Assembly: GCA_963730185.1 (NCBI GenBank) | Contig: CAVSQW010000015.1 | Span: forward strand, 352,001-416,000 | Direction: 5' to 3' | DNA: 64,000 bases | Origin: an uncultured Gemmatimonadales bacterium | Lineage (GTDB): Bacteria > Gemmatimonadota > Gemmatimonadetes > Gemmatimonadales > GWC2-71-9 | In this document: positions 50,598 through 61,080 of the stretch, one piece after another | Layout of the letters: each line of letters opens with the position of its first letter | How positions within the stretch are numbered: position 1 is the stretch's first letter | Translations under genes and position numbers: made by a program | The notes under the pieces: model-generated | What the model was told of the DNA's origin: nothing | The model's database searches: none | What the model saw: only the letters and a program-made list of their open reading frames with translations

Positions 50598-52661
50598 ATG
50601 ACCCGTCGTTGGCTGGTCGCGGCGTTGTTGGGTGTCGCGGCGTGCTCGTCCGCCCCCCGCGGGGCAGAGATTCTCTGGGACACCTGGGGCGTTCCCCACA
50701 TTTACGCCGGCAGCGACACCGCGGCGTTCCGAGCCTACGGCTATGCCCAGATGCAGAGCCACGGCGACCTGATCCTCAAACTCTATGGTGAGGCCCGCGG
50801 GCGAGGCGCGGAGTACTGGGGGCCGAGCGCGCTCGAGCTCGACCGCTATGTCCGCACGATGGGGATCCCGGCTCGAGCGCAGCAGTGGCTCGACGCCCAG
50901 ACCCCGGCCTTCCGGGCCGATCTCGAGGCCTTCGCCGCCGGGATGAACCAGTTCGCCGAGGAGCACGGCGACCAGCTGGCGGCTGAGCGGAAGGTGGTGC
51001 TGCCGATCTCGGCCGTCGACGTGATGGCCCACACGCAGCTGGTGACCCACTTCACGTTCGTGTACGGGCAGGAGCGCCTGATCCGCGCCTTCCAGGGAGA
51101 GACAGGTTCCAACATGTGGGCGGTCGCGCCGAGCCACTCGGCCAGCGGGCACGCCATGTTGCTGATGAATCCCCATCTGGCCTGGAGCGGCCTCCAGCTC
51201 TTTTACGAAGGGCAGATCACGGCGCCCGGGCTCGATTTCTACGGCGTCTCACTGGTCGGCTTCCCGGTGGCCGCGATCGGGTTCAACGACGACATCGGGT
51301 GGTCGCACACGGTGAACACCATCGACGCGGCCGACACCTACCGGCTGGTCAAGGTGGAGGGCGGCTACCGGTGGGACGGCGGGGTCAAGCCGTTCGAGAG
51401 GTCTACCGAGATCATCAAGGTCAAGCAGGCCGATGGGAGCCTGACCGAGGACACCCTGGCGATCACCCGCTCGGTCCATGGTCCGGTCATCGCCGACTCG
51501 GCCAAGGTGGCGATCGCGGTCCGGGTGGCGGGGCTCGATCAGCCGGGCATGCTCCAGGAGTGGTGGGACATGGCTCACGCCAAGAACCTGCCCGAGTTCG
51601 AGGGAATCGTGAAGCGGCTCCAGATCCCGATGTTCAACATCATGTACGCCGGGCGCGACGGACACATCTACTACCTCTTCGGCGGCCGGGTGCCGGAGCG
51701 CTCCCACGGCGACGTGGCCTACTGGGACGGGACGGTCCCGGGCGACTCCTCGGCGGATCTCTGGACGACGACGCTGCCGTACGAGAAGCTGCCCCACCTG
51801 ACCGATCCATCGACGGGCTGGCTCCAGAACGCCAACGATCCACCCTGGACGGTCACCATTCCGGCGCCCTTCAACCCCGACAGCTTCCCGGCCTATCTCT
51901 CGCCCCGGAACATGGCGTTCCGGCCCCAGCGCTCGGCCCACATGCTGCTGGCGGACTCGAGCATCACGTTCGAGGAGATGGAGGCCTACAAGCACTCGAC
52001 CCGGATGGAGCTGGCCGACCGGATCCTCGACGAGCTCGTCGCCGACGCCCGGAAGACCGGCACGCCCGAGGCCAAGGCGGCGGCCGACGTGCTCGTGAAG
52101 TGGGACCGTCAGGCCCAGGCCGAGAGCCGGGGGGCCGTGCTCTTTTACGTCTGGACCCAGAACCTGGTGGGCCTGGCCCGGGGCCCGGGCGACGTCTTCG
52201 CCGATCCCTGGCGGCTCGATTCGGCGACCACCACCCCGCACGGGTTAGGCAACCCGACCCTTGCGGTCCGGGCCCTGGACCAGGCCGCCCGGATGGTGGA
52301 GAAGAACTGGGGCGCGCTGGACGTGCCCTGGGGCGACGTGATGCGAGCCCGGTACGGCGGCCGCGACCTGGCCGGCAACGGCGCCCCCGGCGACCCGCTC
52401 GGCGTCTTCCGGACGGCCTACTACGTGCCCGACCAGGACGGGAAGTTCCGGGTGGTGGCGGGTGACACCTTCTACGGGATCGTGGAATTCGGGACGCCGC
52501 TGCGGGCCCGGGTGCTCACGGCGTACGGGAACTCGACCCAGCCCGGCAGCAAGCACCTGGGCGACCAGCTCGACCTCTGGGCCAAGCAGCAGCTCCGCGA
52601 CGTCTGGCGGACCCGGGCGGAGGTGGAGGCACACCTCGAGTCCGAGGTGAAGGTGCAATAG
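50598..52661 (+). CDS. Ntn-hydrolase acylase (penicillin/glutaryl-7-ACA acylase family), lipoprotein
   Basis: VAAC lipobox; 'EILWDTWGVPHIY', autocleavage 'G|SNMWAVAP', 'NPHLAW', 'QNAND.PW'. Confidence 0.92.
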   Translation: MTRRWLVAALLGVAACSSAPRGAEILWDTWGVPHIYAGSDTAAFRAYGYAQMQSHGDLILKLYGEARGRGAEYWGPSALELDRYVRTMGIPARAQQWLDAQTPAFRADLEAFAAGMNQFAEEHGDQLAAERKVVLPISAVDVMAHTQLVTHFTFVYGQERLIRAFQGETGSNMWAVAPSHSASGHAMLLMNPHLAWSGLQLFYEGQITAPGLDFYGVSLVGFPVAAIGFNDDIGWSHTVNTIDAADTYRLVKVEGGYRWDGGVKPFERSTEIIKVKQADGSLTEDTLAITRSVHGPVIADSAKVAIAVRVAGLDQPGMLQEWWDMAHAKNLPEFEGIVKRLQIPMFNIMYAGRDGHIYYLFGGRVPERSHGDVAYWDGTVPGDSSADLWTTTLPYEKLPHLTDPSTGWLQNANDPPWTVTIPAPFNPDSFPAYLSPRNMAFRPQRSAHMLLADSSITFEEMEAYKHSTRMELADRILDELVADARKTGTPEAKAAADVLVKWDRQAQAESRGAVLFYVWTQNLVGLARGPGDVFADPWRLDSATTTPHGLGNPTLAVRALDQAARMVEKNWGALDVPWGDVMRARYGGRDLAGNGAPGDPLGVFRTAYYVPDQDGKFRVVAGDTFYGIVEFGTPLRARVLTAYGNSTQPGSKHLGDQLDLWAKQQLRDVWRTRAEVEAHLESEVKVQ

Positions 52662-52711
52662 GCACGGCGCGGGGTACGGGCACACCAATTCTCCTTCGAT
52701 CGAGGACGGGC

Positions 52712-54346
52712 ATGCGCGGCTTGATGATGGACTACCCGCTCACCGTCGGCACGCTGCTGGAGCGCGCCCGAGTGCTGCACGGTCGCCGGCCGATCGTCAG
52801 CCGGACGCCGACCGGCATTCACCGGTATACCTATGCCGACTACGTCGCCCGGGTGGACCGGCTGGCGGGCGCGCTCGCCAAGCTGGGGGTCGGGAAGGGC
52901 GACCGGGTGGCCACGCTCGGCTGGAACAGCTTTCGCCACTACGAGGCGTATTTCGCCGCCCCGTCGATGGGTGCGGTGATCCACACCCTGAACGTCCGTC
53001 TCTTTCCGGAGCAGCTCGTCTACATCGCCAACCATGCCAAGGACAAGGTGGTGTGCGTGGACGCCACGCTGCTGCCGCTCTTCCAGAAGATTCGGCCCGA
53101 GCTCGAGACGATCGAGCACGTGATCGTGATGCCCGACGACGGCAAGCCGGTCGACCCGGCGGTCGGCCTCGACTACGAGGAGCTGCTGGCGGAGGCGCCG
53201 CCCACCTTCGACTACCCGATCGTCGACGAGAACGACGCGGCCGGGATGTGCTACACCTCGGGCACGACCGGCAATCCCAAGGGGGTGCTCTACTCGCACC
53301 GGGCCATCGTGCTCCACACCCTGGCCCAGGTGGCGGCCGACGGGATGGGGCTCAAGAGCGAGGACAACATCCTGGCGATCGTCCCGCTCTTTCACGCCAA
53401 CGCGTGGGGGCTTCCCTACGCGGCGGTCATGACCGGGGCCACCATGGTCTGGCCCGGCCACTTCATGCAGCCCCCGGAGCTGGCCGAGCTGATCGAGCGG
53501 GAACGGGTGACGGTGATCGGGGGAGTGCCGACGATCATTGGGGCCCTCTACCAGTACCTCGTGGCCAACAAGGGCAAGCACGACGTGTCGTCGATCCGCT
53601 CGATCATCGTCGGCGGGGCGGCCTGTCCCCGCTCGCTGATGGAGGGGTTCCACCGGGACTTCGGGGTCTGGATCACCCACGCCTGGGGCATGACGGAAAC
53701 GACCCCGCTCGGTAGCGTCGGCATCCTCAAGCCCCACCTCCGGGAGCTCCCGGAGCCGGAGCAGGTCACCTATCGCCTCAAGCAGGGCATGCCGGCGCCG
53801 TTCGTGGACGTTCGGATCGTGGGCGAGGACGGGACGCCGCTCCCCTGGGACGGGGTGGCCTTCGGTGAGCTCCAGGTTCGCGGCCCCTGGATCGTCAGCG
53901 CCTATTACGACGATCCCCGGAATCCGGAATGCTTCCAGGACGGGTGGTTCAAGACCGGTGACGTGGCGACGATCGATCCCGAGGGCTATCTCCAGCTCGT
54001 GGACCGGACCAAGGACGTGGTCAAGAGCGGCGGCGAGTGGATCTCCAGCGTGGATCTGGAGAACGCCATCATGATGCACCCGGGCGTGCTGGAGGCGGCG
54101 GTGATCGGCCTGCCACATCCCAAGTGGCAAGAGCGGCCGCTGGCCTGCGTGGTGCCGAAGCCGGAGGCGAAGGACACCCTGACCGCCGAGGCGGTCCTCG
54201 ACACGATCAGGGACAAGTTCGCCGCGTGGTGGCTCCCGAGCGGAGTGGAGTTCATCGACGCCATCCCGAAGACCAGCGTCGGCAAGTTCGACAAGAAGGT
54301 GCTGCGGAAGCGGTTCGAGGGCTATGCCTGGCGTGGTAGTAAGTAG
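52712..54346 (+). CDS. Fatty-acid--CoA ligase (AlkK/DmdB-like)
   Basis: 'YTSGTTGNPKG', 'PLFHANAWG', 'AWGMTE', 'TGD', 'DRTKDVVKSGGEWISS', 'PKTSVGKFDKK'. Confidence 0.93.
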   Translation: MRGLMMDYPLTVGTLLERARVLHGRRPIVSRTPTGIHRYTYADYVARVDRLAGALAKLGVGKGDRVATLGWNSFRHYEAYFAAPSMGAVIHTLNVRLFPEQLVYIANHAKDKVVCVDATLLPLFQKIRPELETIEHVIVMPDDGKPVDPAVGLDYEELLAEAPPTFDYPIVDENDAAGMCYTSGTTGNPKGVLYSHRAIVLHTLAQVAADGMGLKSEDNILAIVPLFHANAWGLPYAAVMTGATMVWPGHFMQPPELAELIERERVTVIGGVPTIIGALYQYLVANKGKHDVSSIRSIIVGGAACPRSLMEGFHRDFGVWITHAWGMTETTPLGSVGILKPHLRELPEPEQVTYRLKQGMPAPFVDVRIVGEDGTPLPWDGVAFGELQVRGPWIVSAYYDDPRNPECFQDGWFKTGDVATIDPEGYLQLVDRTKDVVKSGGEWISSVDLENAIMMHPGVLEAAVIGLPHPKWQERPLACVVPKPEAKDTLTAEAVLDTIRDKFAAWWLPSGVEFIDAIPKTSVGKFDKKVLRKRFEGYAWRGSK

Positions 54347-54548
54347 CGGGTAGTGACTGGGGAATGGGGCGTGAATAGGGAGTTGTGAGTAGGGGACCGG
54401 GGGTTGGTCTGAGGGCCGCGGGGGCCAGGAGCCAAACTGGAAGCCCCTATTCACAACCGCCTACTCACACCCTATTCACCATTCCCGAGTCCCTACTCCC
54501 TACCGCCAACTCCCTCCCTACTCCCAACTCCCAACTCACTACTCCCTA
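54347..54548. repeat. Inverted heptamer arrays between convergent genes
   Basis: +: GTGACTG GGGAATG GGGC GTGAATA GGGAGTT GTGAGTA; -: GTGAGTT GGGAGTT GGGAGTA GGGA GGGAGTT..GGGAGTA GGGACTC GGGAATG GTGAATA. Confidence 0.8.
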
Positions 54549-55334
54549 ATATATTGGCGGGGTGACCGGCCGACGGGTGAAGAAGCGGCCCCGCTCGGCC
54601 ACCAGGATCACCGCGGCGGCGATGGCGAAGCCGAGGGCGGTGTCGTTGAACGACGAGTGGAGCGCGTCGCCCCCGTGGTTGGCCATCAGGTGGGTCAGAA
54701 TCGCCAGCAGGAGGCTGCCCCCCGAGCGCAGCTGATGCCAGGTCATGAACATCGACACGCTCACCGCTCCCAGAAAGAACATCGGAAGGTTCATCTGGCT
54801 CTGCGGCATGCCCGGGAAGTAGAACGCCGGGACGTGCCAGATTGCCCAGATCAGGCCCAGGATCAGGGTCGCCACGAACGGTGAGAACCGTTCCAGGAGG
54901 CGGGGCAGGGCGTAGCCCCGCCAACCGAACTCCTCGCCCAGTGGGCCCGGATCGAGCACCAATCCCAGGCCGGCCGCGGTGACGGCGGCGCCCACGCCCT
55001 CGAAGGTGATGGGGTGGCCGAGGAGCAGCATGCCGAGCCCCGTGAGGGCCGGTATCCCCAGCAGGACGACGGCCCACCAGATCGGATGGAAGCGACGGGG
55101 GTCGAGCCGGGCCAAGAGCCGGGCGAGTCCGCTCCGTCCCTCGAGCGTCGCGGTGAGGCCGATCGAGGTGAGGCTCGGCGTGTACACCGCTAGGATGATC
55201 CAGGGGTTGGTGAGCGAGACCTCGCCGAGGAGCCGGCGCCCGAGCTCGGGCGCCAGAATCGAGAGCCCGGCGATCGACCAGGTGAAGGCGAAGACGATCG
55301 CGAAGAAGAGGAGGAGCTGGCGAGGGCGGCTCAC
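54546..55334 (-). CDS. CPBP (CAAX protease/Abi) intramembrane glutamic endopeptidase
   Basis: 'GEEFGWRG', 'WAIWH', 'HLMANH'; multi-TM. Confidence 0.92.
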   Translation of the reverse strand: MSRPRQLLLFFAIVFAFTWSIAGLSILAPELGRRLLGEVSLTNPWIILAVYTPSLTSIGLTATLEGRSGLARLLARLDPRRFHPIWWAVVLLGIPALTGLGMLLLGHPITFEGVGAAVTAAGLGLVLDPGPLGEEFGWRGYALPRLLERFSPFVATLILGLIWAIWHVPAFYFPGMPQSQMNLPMFFLGAVSVSMFMTWHQLRSGGSLLLAILTHLMANHGGDALHSSFNDTALGFAIAAAVILVAERGRFFTRRPVTPPIY

Positions 55335-55343
55335 CGCGTTCTC

Positions 55344-57187
55344 CTAGGGCCGGGGGACGACCGGGAGGTCGATGAACGACGCCAGCGCGTTGCCTCCCCG
55401 GTGCACGGTCCAGGTCACCTCGCCCTGGGCGGGAATCCGGAGGAAGGTGTCCTTGTCGGCGCCGGCCAGCGCCAGCCGGATCCGATGACCCTTCCGGAAC
55501 AGGACGGAGGTCGGCAGCAGCTGGAACTGGAGCTTCGCCACCTTGCCTGGCACCAGGGGCTGCCCGTCCGCCTTCAGGAACGAGTGGTAGGGATAGTTGA
55601 TCCGGTAGGGTGGGGTGGCGGTCGAGACCTTCCGCATCAGCCCGCGGAGCATCCCCTCGGTCACGTAGGTGACCCGGCCGTCCGGCGCCACGTCCTCGAG
55701 GTAGACGATGAAGCTGCCGTCGGTCGCGGTCGACCCAACCTGGAGGGTCATCAGGCCCTGTCCGGTCACCTCGAGATCCGCCGGCAGGGGTTGCGAGGTG
55801 TAGGTCAGAAGGTGCTGGTCCGCGTCGGTCCGTTCGGGGTACACGACGTCGCCTCCCCCAACTGGGTGAACCAGCGGTTCTGCCGCCCGGTGGTGGCCTC
55901 GAAGTCGACCTGGTAGCGATCGGTCCCGGCCGCCGGGCGGCTGGTGTCGAGCCGATGATCGGCGCTGAGGTAGAAGCGGCGCATGGTGGTGCCGGCAATC
56001 GGCCAGGTGCTGGTCTTCTTCCAGACGTCCTCGCCCAGAGTGTAGTAGATCAGCGCGTGGGGGTTCGCCATGCCCTCGTCGGCGCCCTTCAGATACTGGT
56101 CGAAGAAGCAGGTAGCCTGATCGAGCTGTCGCGCCGAGCTGGGCTCGGTGGGCTTGTCGGCGGGGAAGAAGGGGCTGGCATGGTGGCCGCCGCCGTGGCT
56201 CCACGGGCCGACGACCACCAGCTGCGGGTTGGACCAGTTCATGAACCGGTTCAGGACGCCCTGGGAGGTGCCGGCGTCGAGCCAGCTGGCCCAGCCGAAG
56301 ATCGGGACGCCCGACTTCTCGACCTCCGCCCGATAGCGGTAGGTGCCCGACTGGTCGTTGGTGGCGCCGCCGAAGGCGGGGACCACGTCGTCGCGGTAGA
56401 CGATCCCGGCCATGCTGGCACCGAGCGGCGGGTTCTTCTGGTGATCCTGGACGGCGGCACCGAGGAGTACCTCGTCGCCGTCGCCGTCCACGGGGCGGAC
56501 CCCGCGTGGCGGCTCGCCCCGCTTGTCGTTCATGTCCATGCCGTGGACCATCTCACCCCAGTCGTGGATGATCATCTCGTTCACGAGGCCGCCGGGATAG
56601 ATCAGGTCGGCGTACGCGTCGAAGTCCATGAACCGGGGCACCACGGCCTTGACCGCCGGCCGGTTGGTGGCCGCGACCAGCTGGGCCGTGTTGCCGGTGT
56701 ACGAGGTCCCGATCGAGCCGACCTGCCCGTCGGACCAGGACTGCCCGGCGATCCAGTCCACCAGTCCGCCCAGGTCCTTGACCTCCTGCGGCGACCAGGG
56801 GTAGTACCACTGGCCGAACGAGGCCCCGGTTCCGCGGACGTCGGCGAACACGAAGGCGTAGCCGTGCCGGATCCAGTAGGTCTCGTTCGGGCCGATCGGC
56901 TGCCCGTCCGCCGCCCGCCAGTAGCGGGTCGAGACCAGAATGGTCGGGAGCCGGGTGCCGGCGGCGAGGCCCTGAGGCAGGAAGACGTCGGCGGCGAGCC
57001 GGGTGCCGTCGGGCATGGGCACATAGAGGGAGTGGCGCTCGACCTCGGCGGCGGCCGCGGTGACCGGGGCGGAGCAGGTCCCGAGCGGAGCGGCCTGCTG
57101 CGCCGCCAGGGGAGCGCCCAGCGTCAGGGCGAGGAGCGCCGCCGTCGAGAGGGCGCGGGGAAGCCAGCGGGGGCGATGTCGAGTCAT
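55344..57187 (-). CDS. Secreted CocE/NonD family hydrolase; frameshift near 55857
   Basis: ATG 57187, signal peptide; 'TRYWR', 'DVRGTGASFG', nucleophile 'GTSYTG', 'GPWSHGG'; C-terminal domain 'LTYTS.PL..LEVTG..GHRIRLAL' in a shifted frame. Confidence 0.9.
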
Positions 57188-57207
57188 GTCGGTTTCTCCG
57201 TAGGTGC

Positions 57208-58002
57208 CTAACGTCCCTGCCACCGGGGCTGGCGCTTCTCCACGAACGCCCGCACGCCTTCCGCGATGTCGTCGCTGGCCATGCAGGCCATCATCCCGTC
57301 GATCTCGTACTGGAGCATGCTCTCGAGGTCCACGTCCCAGGTCCGGTGGAGGAGCTTCTTGATGAGCCGGACCGAGATCGGAGCGTTGCCGGCGATGGTC
57401 TCGGCCACCGCAAAGGCGCGGTCGAGGAGCGCGTCGGCCGGGGCCAGCTCGGTCAGGAAGCCGGCCTCGAGCAGGCGGACCGCGTCGACCTGCTCCGCGG
57501 TCAGCAGCCACTGGGCCGCCCGGCCGTGACCGACGATCCGGGGCAGGAAGTGGAGCACGCCGTTGGTCTGGAAGAGGCCACGTTTGGCCTCGGACAGGAG
57601 GAGGGTGGTGGTGTCGGTGCCGATCCGCACGTCGGCCGCGATCGCCAGCTCGGCCCCCACCCCCACCGCGATCCCGTTGATTGCGGCGACGAAGATGGTG
57701 GGAAGCTCCACCATCCGCCGGGTCAGGTCCTGAAAGAGATGGAGCTGGCGATGGGCCTCGCGGACCGACCGGTCGGCGGCGGCCGTGGTGCTCATCTCCT
57801 TCAAGTCCGCGCCGGCCGAGAAAGCCCGGCCGGTCCCGGTCAGCACCACCGCGCGGATCGCGGGCTGGCCTGCCAGGTCGACCAGAACCTGGTGGAGCCG
57901 GGCCAAGCTGGCCCGGTCCAGGGCGTTGAGGCGCTCCGGCCGGTTGAAGGTCAGGAGCGCGGTGTGCTCGGTCCGCCGCTCGAACAGCACGGTATCGGCC
58001 AT
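57208..58002 (-). CDS. Enoyl-CoA hydratase/isomerase family protein
   Basis: 'NRPERLNAL', 'FSAGADL', 'AAINGIAVGVGAEL', 'EGVRAFVEKR'. Confidence 0.92.
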   Translation of the reverse strand: MADTVLFERRTEHTALLTFNRPERLNALDRASLARLHQVLVDLAGQPAIRAVVLTGTGRAFSAGADLKEMSTTAAADRSVREAHRQLHLFQDLTRRMVELPTIFVAAINGIAVGVGAELAIAADVRIGTDTTTLLLSEAKRGLFQTNGVLHFLPRIVGHGRAAQWLLTAEQVDAVRLLEAGFLTELAPADALLDRAFAVAETIAGNAPISVRLIKKLLHRTWDVDLESMLQYEIDGMMACMASDDIAEGVRAFVEKRQPRWQGR

Positions 58003-58003
58003 G

Positions 58004-59596
58004 TCAGATCCAGGCTCCAGTGACGGCGTCGTAGGCGCCGGCGGGTTCGCGGGACAGCCGGTGCTTCTCCACCCGCTGGCTCGGCGTGAGCGGCAGCGCG
58101 GCGGCATAGGCCAGGTAGCGGGGCACCTTGAACGGGGCCAGGCGGCTCCGGCAGTGGGCCAGCAGCGCCTCGGGCGGCGCCGTGTCGGGCCCGGCGCCCT
58201 CGACGAGCTGTACGAACGCCTTGACCTCCTCGCCGCGGATCTCGTCCGGCGCGGGGACGCACGCCGCCAGGCGCACCGCCGGATGCTCGGCCAGGACCGC
58301 CTCGACCTCGGCGGCGGCGATGTTCTCGCCGCCCCGGCGGATCATCTCCTTGAGCCGGCCCACGATTCTGAAATAGCCCCGCTCGTCCTCTACCACCAGG
58401 TCGCCGGTGTGGGCCCAGCCACCCGCCCGCCAGGCTTCGGTCGCCTCCGGGTTGTTCCAATAGCCGAGCATGGTGCCGGGACCGCGCATCTGGAGCTCAC
58501 CAGTGGCGCCCCGCGCCACCTCCGAACCATCGGGCCCCACCACCCGCGCCTCGCACCCGGGCGCCGGCCGGCCCATGGCCCCGGTGCCGACCGAGACGTC
58601 GTCTTCCAGCGGCACGGTGAGGCAGACCGGCCCGATCTCGGTGGTGCTGTAGGCCTCGCGCCAGGGGCACCCGAACCGGGCCTCGATGGCGTGGTGCTGA
58701 GTCGGCGGGATCGCCGAGCAGACCACGGCCTTGACCCGGTGGCCCCGCTCCAGCGCGGGGTTCGCCGGCTGCTTCAGGAGGACGATCGGAATGGTCCCGA
58801 GACAGTAGAAGAAGGTGACCCCGTTCTCGACCACCGCCGTCCAGAATCCCGAGGCCGAGAAGCGGGGCAGGATCACCAGCGGGATCCGGTGGATCAGGCA
58901 GAGCACCATGTTCCAGGCGGCGTCCATGTAATACCACGGCGTCATGATCATCACCACATCGCCGTCGCCCAGGCCCAGGCCGCGGCTGGCCGAGTCGGCC
59001 AGGCGAAGCCAGTACTCGTGGCTCAGCATGCAGCCTTTCGGGAACCCGGTCGTGCCCGAGGTGTACTGGAGCGTCGCCAGGTCGTCGGGGCCGAGGTCCG
59101 GCTCCGCCGGCCGGTCGGCGGGCGAGCCGTCGTCGAGGGGCGTGGCGGCCGAGGCGGCCGGCACCTCACCGATCAGCGCTACGCTCTCGAGGGCGGGGCA
59201 GTCGGGCCGCGCCGCACCGACCACGGCCAGGTGCTCGGCGTCGGTGACGAGGAGCCGGGCACCCGAATCCGCCAGGACGAACGCCAGGTCCCGCCGCTGG
59301 TACGAGGTGTTGCAGGGCACGACCACCCCGCCCAGCCGGACGACCGCCAGCCAAACCAGGGGATAGTCCAGCCCGTTCGGGAGCATGATCGCCACCCGGT
59401 CGCCGCGGCCGACGCCCCGTGCCGCCAAGCGGGCCGCGAGCGTCCGGCTCCGGCGCTCCACGTCGCCGACGGTAAGCGACCGGCCCTCGAACCGGAGCAG
59501 CTCGCGCTCGGCGCCCTCCACCGAGCGGTCGCGGAGCAGGGCCGCGAGGCTCGGGGCGGGGAGGGGCGGTGCCGGGCTGGTGGGGCCGTGGGTCAT
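58004..59596 (-). CDS. AMP-dependent CoA ligase (CaiC-like)
   Basis: 'YTSGTTGFPKG', 'YSTTE', 'HTGD', 'GRLKEMIRRGGENI', 'LPLTPSQRVEK'. Confidence 0.9.
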   Translation of the reverse strand: MTHGPTSPAPPLPAPSLAALLRDRSVEGAERELLRFEGRSLTVGDVERRSRTLAARLAARGVGRGDRVAIMLPNGLDYPLVWLAVVRLGGVVVPCNTSYQRRDLAFVLADSGARLLVTDAEHLAVVGAARPDCPALESVALIGEVPAASAATPLDDGSPADRPAEPDLGPDDLATLQYTSGTTGFPKGCMLSHEYWLRLADSASRGLGLGDGDVVMIMTPWYYMDAAWNMVLCLIHRIPLVILPRFSASGFWTAVVENGVTFFYCLGTIPIVLLKQPANPALERGHRVKAVVCSAIPPTQHHAIEARFGCPWREAYSTTEIGPVCLTVPLEDDVSVGTGAMGRPAPGCEARVVGPDGSEVARGATGELQMRGPGTMLGYWNNPEATEAWRAGGWAHTGDLVVEDERGYFRIVGRLKEMIRRGGENIAAAEVEAVLAEHPAVRLAACVPAPDEIRGEEVKAFVQLVEGAGPDTAPPEALLAHCRSRLAPFKVPRYLAYAAALPLTPSQRVEKHRLSREPAGAYDAVTGAWI

Positions 59597-59621
59597 GAGA
59601 TCGCGGATGGACGAAAAAAGC

Positions 59622-59676
59622 AACGATCGTTATGTTGGTCGCGTAAATGGTAGATCCGGCGATCCCGGTCTGTCAA
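59622..59676 (-). promoter_or_regulatory. sigma70 promoter and palindromic operator of the CoA-ligase operon
   Basis: TTGACA (59676-59671) -18 bp- TACCAT (59652-59647); palindrome AACGATCGTT (59622-59631) downstream. Confidence 0.6.
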
Positions 59677-59733
59677 CCGACCGAGGCTCGCCGTAGATTC
59701 GCCTCGTCCGAATGTCCCCCCATCGGAGAGCAT

Positions 59734-61080
59734 ATGGCCGATCACGGCACGGCGCGCAACATCGGGCTGGCGGGCGCGGTCTTCACCATGGTCGGCTACG
59801 TGGTGGGCGCGTCGATCTTCATCCTGCCCGGGGCGCTGGCCGCCGATACCGGGCCGGCGGCGTTTCTGGCCTATCTGATCGCGGGTGTGCTGGCGGCATT
59901 GACCTGTGTGGTCGGGGCCGAGCTGGGCAGTGCGGTTCCGGTGAGCGGGGCCATCAACGTCACGGCCAGCCGGGTGCTGGGCCCATTGTTCGGCTTCGTC
60001 GGCGTCTGGGCGCTGATTCTCGGGGTGTCGCTGGCGATCGCGCTGGTGGCGTATGGGTTCGCCGACTACCTCGCCTACTTCTTCCCCGGCGCCGACCGGC
60101 GGGTGGTGGCGCTGGGCACAGCCGTCGTCTTCGGGCTCCTCAACCTGACGACGGTGCGGGTGGCCGTGGGCATTCAGGCCGCGATGACGATCGGGTTCCT
60201 GATCATCCTGCTGGTGTTCGGGGTGGGCGGGACGATCACGGCGCGTCCCGAGCTGCTCACGCCGTTCATGCCGAAAGGCTTCGGCTCGGTGGTTGCCGCA
60301 GCGGTGCCGGCCTTTTTCTCGTATGCCGGCGTGATGGTCATCGTCGAGCTCGGCGGCGAGATCAAGAACCCGGGGCGGACCATTCCCCGGTCGCTGTTGC
60401 TCACCTTCCTGATCGTGGCCGTCTGTTACAGCTTGGTGGCGTTCGCCGTCCCGGCCCAGGTCCCATGGACCGAGCTTGGCTCGGCGTCGGCCCCGGTGGC
60501 GCTGGCGGCGGGGCGGTTCCTCCCCGGCTGGGCGGGCGGGGCGATCGCCGTCGGCGCGTTGTTGGCGGCCGCCACCTCGATCAACGGAATGGTGCTGATT
60601 CACTCGCGCGACATCCTGGCGATGGCGCGGGCGTCGGTGTTCCCGGCGGTGTTCGCCCGGCGGGCGGCCAACGGGGTGCCGATCGCGGCGGTGGCCCTGA
60701 TCGCGGGTGGCGGGGTGCTCGCGGTCCTTCCGGGCGGGTCGATCCGCGAGCTGGCGGTCACCAGCGTGATCGCCATCATGATCATCCAGATGCTGGCGGC
60801 GGGGTCGGTGCTCCTGATTCCGACCCGGCTCCCGGCCGAGCACGCCCGGTCGGCGTTCCGGATGCGCCCCTGGGTCCGGTGGACCGTGGTGCTGCTGGTC
60901 CTGGTCAGCTCGACGGGCTTCATCGGCCTCGCGGTGATGGAAGGGCCCCGGAACGCGGCGGCTTTTCTGGGGGTGCTGCTGCTGGGCGTCGTCTACTACT
61001 ACATCCGGCGGGCGGTGCTGGCCCGCCGGGGCGAGTCGTTGGATGAGATCCTCCGGAGCGGCGCCACGGCCGAAGGGTAG
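59734..61080 (+). CDS. APC family amino acid permease
   Basis: GGAGAG then ATG 59734; 'VVGASIFILPG', 'AELGSAVPVSG', 'FFSYAG..GEIKNPGRTIP'; about 12 TM. Confidence 0.92.
   Translation: MADHGTARNIGLAGAVFTMVGYVVGASIFILPGALAADTGPAAFLAYLIAGVLAALTCVVGAELGSAVPVSGAINVTASRVLGPLFGFVGVWALILGVSLAIALVAYGFADYLAYFFPGADRRVVALGTAVVFGLLNLTTVRVAVGIQAAMTIGFLIILLVFGVGGTITARPELLTPFMPKGFGSVVAAAVPAFFSYAGVMVIVELGGEIKNPGRTIPRSLLLTFLIVAVCYSLVAFAVPAQVPWTELGSASAPVALAAGRFLPGWAGGAIAVGALLAAATSINGMVLIHSRDILAMARASVFPAVFARRAANGVPIAAVALIAGGGVLAVLPGGSIRELAVTSVIAIMIIQMLAAGSVLLIPTRLPAEHARSAFRMRPWVRWTVVLLVLVSSTGFIGLAVMEGPRNAAAFLGVLLLGVVYYYIRRAVLARRGESLDEILRSGATAEG

Noticed and set aside
7949..54548. Heptamer arrays as CRISPR
   Set aside because: No 23-47 bp repeats with unique spacers and no cas genes
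60999..61080. Genuine 82-bp convergent overlap of the permease and serine hydrolase
   Set aside because: More simply explained by one extra G at 61089-61092 skipping a TAG at 61087-61085
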